DNA of 64,000 nucleotides from a virus. The notes beneath the pieces are model-generated. The model was not told the DNA's origin. It made no database searches and saw nothing but the letters and a program-made list of their open reading frames with translations. Positions within the stretch are counted from its first letter, which is position 1. Every line of letters begins with the position of its first letter. Where the stretch lies: IMG/VR virus record IMGVR_UViG_3300017766_003354, positions 1 through 64,000 of that record; one strand, 5' to 3'. The translations under genes and the position numbers were made by a program. Positions 58,846 through 64,000 of this stretch are shown one piece after another.

Positions 58846-59358
58846 ATGACTTCCCCCGAATTAAACGACATAATCATTACTGTTGCCTCTCAACTTCTTA
58901 TCGTTGGAACTGGATTAATCGCGGCTTATTTTAAATTGCGATCAGAAGTCCAAGCAAAAATCAGCGAAGTCAAAACTCATACCGATGTCACCCTTCAAAA
59001 ATTAAATGGAATGTTGACTTACGTTATCCATTCCTTTGACCGTCCTGCTTGGATTAAAATTGCCACGCAGAGACAAGACGGAGAAGTAGAATTTAGAATG
59101 CTAGAGTTGAATGACTTATATACCGAAACATTTGGGATTTCTCGACACGACTATTTGGGTAAAACAGATTTAGAAGTTGGATGGGATAAAGCGACTTCTG
59201 AAAGAATGAGGAATCACGATTTGCAAGTTTGGGCTTCTGGAGAACCAGCAACTTTTGAAGAGCAAGTTTCTGGAAACAATCTTAAATTCCGAAAAATTCG
59301 TGTTCAATCTCCAAACGGAACTTTAAAAGGTGTTATGGGATATTGCGTGAATTCTTGA
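58846..59358 (+). CDS. membrane-anchored PAS-domain protein
   Basis: N-terminal TM; PAWIK...N..Y..FG....YLGKTD..W......D..V...G....FEE...K.......GVMG. Confidence 0.7.
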   Translation: MTSPELNDIIITVASQLLIVGTGLIAAYFKLRSEVQAKISEVKTHTDVTLQKLNGMLTYVIHSFDRPAWIKIATQRQDGEVEFRMLELNDLYTETFGISRHDYLGKTDLEVGWDKATSERMRNHDLQVWASGEPATFEEQVSGNNLKFRKIRVQSPNGTLKGVMGYCVNS

Positions 59359-59399
59359 TTTTATCTTGACAATAGAAGGCTTCAGAAGTAAAAACAAGT

Positions 59400-59933
59400 A
59401 TGACAATTTCCTCATACTCCAATTCCACTTTCTCTTATAGAGACGATTCTGGAAAAGATATTTCTGTTAAAAATCCTACTGAAGAGCAGCGATCCTTACT
59501 TCTTGAAATCTGCACGAATCAAGACGAAAAATGGAAGAACCCAGAATACGACCTTCATGCGCTTTGGCATTCTATTCCTCAATATGAAAAAGGAATGGGA
59601 GGCTATGTTTATAGCGGCCTTCTCGAAAAATGGGCCGAAGATAAACCCCAAGTAAAAACCTTTAGGTTCGATGATGCTATGTTCATGGGCTCTGTAGGAT
59701 TTCTTATTCCTAGCGCCAATAAGTATGAAAAAATGGGTCTAAACGTAATTCTTTGCCCGCAATGTGGAGATCCTTTTGATTTCTTCTGCTACCCTTCTCA
59801 CCTTGAGTCTTTGTTGAAAGCTTTTGGATCTGCGGAATATGATCTTCGAGAAATCCCAGATAGAGATAATAGCTCCCCAATTTTTTTAAAACACGAAGAG
59901 CTGAAGGCTAAACTTCTCAAGACAATCCAATGA
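59400..59933 (+). CDS. hypothetical protein (CPQC)
   Basis: ORF with TTGACA promoter. Confidence 0.75.
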   Translation: MTISSYSNSTFSYRDDSGKDISVKNPTEEQRSLLLEICTNQDEKWKNPEYDLHALWHSIPQYEKGMGGYVYSGLLEKWAEDKPQVKTFRFDDAMFMGSVGFLIPSANKYEKMGLNVILCPQCGDPFDFFCYPSHLESLLKAFGSAEYDLREIPDRDNSSPIFLKHEELKAKLLKTIQ

Positions 59934-60366
59934 AAAAAACTCTCTCGTTGAGCCGCGAAGACCTTTCGCAGTCCAAAAAGAATCTGCCATTTGAGGAAAT
60001 TAAATTGGCGGATTTTGTGGCTATTTTTCACTTGACTGTTGATTATGATAAGGTTATCTTCCGAGACGGCAAGCAGGAAAAAACCCTAAAAAACAAATGA
60101 AAATTCGAGCTTTTCAAAATGTCGAAGTAGAAATCTCTAAATCTACACGAAAATCCTTGGCTCTGGAATATTTTTTAGAGAAAATGGATTGGAAATTGGA
60201 ATATTTTATTTCTGAAGACGGATTTGTAAAAGAAAAAAAAGCTTTGCATTCTTCTCATTCTTTTGAAATGGAATCTTGTGTCCGAATAGCGAGAGAAGTA
60301 GATCATTCTGTGGCCGCCGTTCTTCCCGTTTTATTAGCTACCCCTTAAACCAGTGTAAAGTTCAGT

Positions 60367-61020
60367 GTGAACAAAAAAAACCTCCTCAAAAAATGTTCCC
60401 CAAATTTTGTTCTCTTTTTTGAGTGGGCGGAAGAATACCTCCGAAAGAACAATAAAAAAATTATAATTGTCAACGCTCGAAAAATAAAATTCGACGGAGG
60501 TTTTTGCGGAGGCTGGTGCGACGGTAAAGAAATTGTGATCGCTGGCAGGGGGCTCTTATTTGAAGAAACTTTTGTTCATGAATTCTCTCACATGATGCAG
60601 GCTATTGAAAAGTCTCCATTTTGGACAAAATCAACTACATTTTGGGATGATCTAGAGAAACAAGAGATTAATATCCAATCTTGGAAATCTGTAATTAAAA
60701 TTATTGCTTTAGAAAGAGATTGTGAAAGAAGAGCTTTGGCGCTATCTAAAAAATGGGAGTTATTCGATAACGAGATTTACGCCCAAAGAGCTAATATTTA
60801 TTTGTTTTACTATCATTTGGTTTTTCTTAGAGGAGAATGGATTGACTCTACTGGCCTTTATAATTCTCCGCAATTGAACAAATTGATGCCAAAAACTCTA
60901 GCCCCAATGTCTGCGCTTGAGGCTATTAATATGGATTTGATGGTTATTTTTGACCAGTGCGTGGGAAAAAAGAGAAAAAAGGGTAAAAAAAACTTGCCAA
61001 AGCCCGCCACTTTATCGTAA
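60367..61020 (+). CDS. zincin-like metallopeptidase
   Basis: FVHEFSHMMQ...LERDCE. Confidence 0.7.
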   Translation: MNKKNLLKKCSPNFVLFFEWAEEYLRKNNKKIIIVNARKIKFDGGFCGGWCDGKEIVIAGRGLLFEETFVHEFSHMMQAIEKSPFWTKSTTFWDDLEKQEINIQSWKSVIKIIALERDCERRALALSKKWELFDNEIYAQRANIYLFYYHLVFLRGEWIDSTGLYNSPQLNKLMPKTLAPMSALEAINMDLMVIFDQCVGKKRKKGKKNLPKPATLS

Positions 61021-61029
61021 AATCCGCCC

Positions 61030-61551
61030 ATGTCAGTATATTTTCTAGGCTGCGCCCATTTGGGGCATAATAATATTGGAAAGTTTCGGCCCTTTGTTAA
61101 AGACGGGTCAGACAATATTGATCTAATTCAAGAAGATTGGAATAGAACAATCAATAAAAAAGATCTTATCTTCTGCCTTGGCGATGTTGCTTTTTCTAAA
61201 GAAGGTTTAGATGTTATTGGAAATGCAAAAGGCAGAAAGGTCCTTATTGGAGGAAACCATGATAACCTAGTGTCTTTTCAAGATAAATGCGCTGTCTTTG
61301 AGGAAATCCATGGGATTCTCCGATATAAAAAAATGTGGCTAACTCATTGCCCCATTCACCCAGATGAAATGAGAAAATGTATTGGCAACGTCCATGCTCA
61401 TATCCATAGTCACAAATTAACGGTAAGGAACTGGTATGGAAGAAAAATTCCAGACAAAAGGTATCTTAATGCTTGTGTTGATGTCGTTTATCCAAAATAT
61501 CGGAATGTTTTCCTGACTTTAGATCAAGCAAAAAACCATTTCAATCTGTAA
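61030..61551 (+). CDS. calcineurin-like metallophosphoesterase
   Basis: GCAHLGH, LGDV, GNHD, LTHCPIHP, NVHAHIH. Confidence 0.88.
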   Translation: MSVYFLGCAHLGHNNIGKFRPFVKDGSDNIDLIQEDWNRTINKKDLIFCLGDVAFSKEGLDVIGNAKGRKVLIGGNHDNLVSFQDKCAVFEEIHGILRYKKMWLTHCPIHPDEMRKCIGNVHAHIHSHKLTVRNWYGRKIPDKRYLNACVDVVYPKYRNVFLTLDQAKNHFNL

Positions 61552-61576
61552 AACCATTTACGTGTAAATAAAAAAT

Positions 61577-61966
61577 ATGAAACAAAAATTTCTAATCTCC
61601 GAAGCTTCCAGTAAAGCCGCGCTTGAAGATGCTAAAAACTTCAACCTCTCAGCTACACTAGAGAAAGAAGACGATCAACTCTTTATTGCTTACGAATCTA
61701 AAGCTTATTGCGACACGCCAACTCCTCCAGCTAATCCTACTTGGGATGATTATTATGCTTTGTCAAAAAGTATGTATTCTGAAATGCAGTATCAGATGAA
61801 GTGGATTAGAGAAGATTATCAATATCTTTCTCAGGCTTTTCGTGATCATGAAGTCGGCCATTTGCCAAAAATTTTGGACGGCGGTAAAATGCAAGCGGCG
61901 ATTGATACTTTGGGAATGGGGGACTCGTATCAAGTCCGCAAAGCGGATGTTTATGTTCAATACTAA
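61577..61966 (+). CDS. hypothetical protein
   Basis: ORF preceded by GTGTAA. Confidence 0.75.
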   Translation: MKQKFLISEASSKAALEDAKNFNLSATLEKEDDQLFIAYESKAYCDTPTPPANPTWDDYYALSKSMYSEMQYQMKWIREDYQYLSQAFRDHEVGHLPKILDGGKMQAAIDTLGMGDSYQVRKADVYVQY

Positions 61967-61990
61967 TCAAGGCAAATAATCCAATACTCT

Positions 61991-62024
61991 AAAAGCGGAT
62001 GGCTTAATTGCTGTCTGCTTTTTT
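61991..62024 (+). terminator. intrinsic terminator
   Basis: AAAAGCGGATGGC ttaatt GCTGTCTGCTTTTTT. Confidence 0.7.
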
Positions 62025-62038
62025 GTGTAATATTTGTT

Positions 62039-62725
62039 ATGGATTATAAGAAAATTCACGACTCTTTAATTGAAAGAGCTAAAAATAGGGTAATCGAAGA
62101 ATATACAGAAAAGCATCACATTATTCCAAGATGCATGGGAGGAGGCAACGAAAAAGAAAATATTGTTCGCTTGACTCCCGAAGAACATTTCTTGGTCCAC
62201 CAATTGCTGATAAAAATATATCCAAACAATCACCGACTAACTTTTGCGGTTGATATGATGTGCGCTAGTAGCAGTAATCACAGCGGGCGTAGGGTAAATA
62301 ACAAAAGATTTGGGTGGTTGAGAAGAAGGGTATCTGAATCTCTCAAAAAAGAAAACATTGACCCTCAGACGCTTATTGCAAGATCGAACTCTTTAAAAGG
62401 AAGAATAATTTCTCCAGAAGCAAGGGCAAAATTGTCAGAAATAAACAAAAAAGAAAATCTTAGCCCAGAAACCTTGGCAAAAAGAGCTAAAGCAAACGAT
62501 GCGCGAAAAGGAAAAAAATTATCTGAAGAAACTAAAATGCGAATGTCTGCTTCGTCCAATCGAAAAAGGTCAGTCTTTCAATATTCAAAAGATGGAGAGT
62601 TTCTTCGGAAGTGGGATAGTCTTACTGACGCAGCAAAAGCCGTTGGAATTCCTGTGACGAATATATCGGCCCACATTCGCGGAAGAGGTTTTTCTGCGGG
62701 AAATTCTTTATGGAAGTATGTATAA
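62039..62725 (+). CDS. HNH homing endonuclease (MobE-like) with NUMOD3/NUMOD1
   Basis: YTEKHHIIPRCMGG....NIVRLTPEEHFLVHQLL; SEETK; WDSLTDAAK. Confidence 0.92.
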   Translation: MDYKKIHDSLIERAKNRVIEEYTEKHHIIPRCMGGGNEKENIVRLTPEEHFLVHQLLIKIYPNNHRLTFAVDMMCASSSNHSGRRVNNKRFGWLRRRVSESLKKENIDPQTLIARSNSLKGRIISPEARAKLSEINKKENLSPETLAKRAKANDARKGKKLSEETKMRMSASSNRKRSVFQYSKDGEFLRKWDSLTDAAKAVGIPVTNISAHIRGRGFSAGNSLWKYV

Positions 62726-62783
62726 CTGAATCGTCAAAAAAAGCAGAAGTTTACGTCACCTACTAAAGAAACTCAAAAAAAAG

Positions 62784-62809
62784 AAGCCCGCCAATTACGG
62801 CGGGCTTTT
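62784..62809. terminator. bidirectional terminator
   Basis: AAGCCCGCC aattac GGCGGGCTTTT. Confidence 0.8.
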
Positions 62810-62819
62810 GTTTGAATAA

Positions 62820-64000
62820 TTAGTATTTCAGCCATTGAGTCGCTCCGTTCGATGTAACGGTTATACTTTGATATTGTCCAGTAAGATCCACGCTTGAAAC
62901 TCCCTCAATGTTGTCTCCTGCTTGCGCAGAAAGTCTAATAATATCCGCTGTCGCATCGGTTTTTTTGAGTTTGTATGTCTTCCCCGCTGCGCTAGCAGCC
63001 AATGGTAAAACAAAATTAATTGTTCCTGCTCCTCCTATCCCATATAAAGCCGAGTCAGTCAATTTTATTGTATAAGTGCCAGATACAGCGGCTTGTATTT
63101 TTGGGTAATAATCAAAGCTTTGGCTTCGAATAGTTTCATCTTCTACTAGAACTATTCCGAGTTGATAAATATCGACAGTCCCATGACCCAAAAAATTACA
63201 CCATATCTCCATCGTAGATCCGTTTGCAGCGTTAGAGGTAGTTATAATCGGAGTCGTAAGTGTTCCCTCAAAACTTGTCAAATCTAAAGAGTTTTCTGCG
63301 GGGAATCCCGAATTTTGGGACGTTTGTGCTATAGTCCCAAGATTCGCGATTACATAAAAACTAATATTGGAAAATCCAGACCCTTTAATTCTAGCTACAA
63401 CTCTATATTTTCGTCCAGAAATAATTCCTTGTGTAGCTAACGGAACTTTAAGGCCAAATGCCCCGAAACGGTCACTGCCAGTTACGACTATTCTTTGCGC
63501 AATTTGGTTATTAGCATCTACAATTTTTGAATAAACAGCGGTATTACCTGCTGCGTTCGCCGCTGCTGTCCAACTTGTAGGAATGTTCCCACTATATCCA
63601 GAACCACTAACCGCAGAACTTCCTGTGCAATAAGGGTTGGCTGTGATCCAAGCCGCATCACTAGGCATCGGAATTGGAATAGAAGATTTAGAAATTAAAT
63701 CGTCAATCTCTACGGCGACCGCTTCTCCCAATGTTTTTGCCCCGAGGGTATTTGGATGAAGCCCATCTCTAAAATATCCAGTTGTGGGGACTCCCGCCGT
63801 CTTCAAAATTGCTGGATATGGAATCCACTTAATGCCCAGAGCCGCAGCGTCAGCTTCATTAATCGCATTTACGTTGTCTGCTTGTGTTGTTTGTAGCCCA
63901 GCATCGAATGCAGTAAATCTTGGCAAGATGGCTACAGCAACAAGCTTCGAAGGGTGTATCCCTCCCGCAATCAACTCTTCCCACAATGCTCTTCGTCGGG
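62820..64000 (-). CDS. partial (5'-truncated) SGNH-hydrolase/carbohydrate-binding tail-associated protein
   Basis: DGLHPNTLG (SGNH block V), CBM-like middle, LP.A....GK....KK C-terminal beta module. Confidence 0.65.
   Translation of the reverse strand, partial: RRRALWEELIAGGIHPSKLVAVAILPRFTAFDAGLQTTQADNVNAINEADAAALGIKWIPYPAILKTAGVPTTGYFRDGLHPNTLGAKTLGEAVAVEIDDLISKSSIPIPMPSDAAWITANPYCTGSSAVSGSGYSGNIPTSWTAAANAAGNTAVYSKIVDANNQIAQRIVVTGSDRFGAFGLKVPLATQGIISGRKYRVVARIKGSGFSNISFYVIANLGTIAQTSQNSGFPAENSLDLTSFEGTLTTPIITTSNAANGSTMEIWCNFLGHGTVDIYQLGIVLVEDETIRSQSFDYYPKIQAAVSGTYTIKLTDSALYGIGGAGTINFVLPLAASAAGKTYKLKKTDATADIIRLSAQAGDNIEGVSSVDLTGQYQSITVTSNGATQWLKY

Overview
This 64-kb window looks like part of a large lytic dsDNA phage genome. 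It is densely packed with small orphan ORFs and carries rIIA/rIIB, Rnl2 and RtcB RNA ligases, a RuvB-like ATPase, DNA glycosylases, NADAR, seven homing-type endonucleases and an array of about 32 tRNAs. Layout: (1) 0.1-8.9 kb, + strand: small genes divided into ~0.9-1.7 kb units by eight copies of an 87-bp palindrome of invariant geometry (29-bp arm, 7 nt, GACCCC-NNN-GGGGTC, 7 nt, 29-bp arm). Upstream stop codons often fall in or against the left arm, and in five copies a sigma70-type promoter begins 26-27 bp downstream. This cassette-like array is the best candidate for an undescribed system. (2) 9-30.8 kb, mostly - strand, with a ~0.8 kb non-coding ori-like gap at 12.0-12.8 kb. (3) 30.9-51 kb, + strand. 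(4) 51.2-57.5 kb, the tRNA array. It has swapped class I/II architectures, a D-armless tRNA, four circularly permuted anticodon-less tRNA-elbow modules, a T-armless mini-tRNA and several unknown stem-closed RNAs, and is followed by rtcB. Many genes appear to be transcribed leaderless (-10 box about 6 nt before ATG). A second motif, GTGTAA, precedes all seven homing-type endonucleases. All product calls come from motif recognition by eye; no database searches were run.
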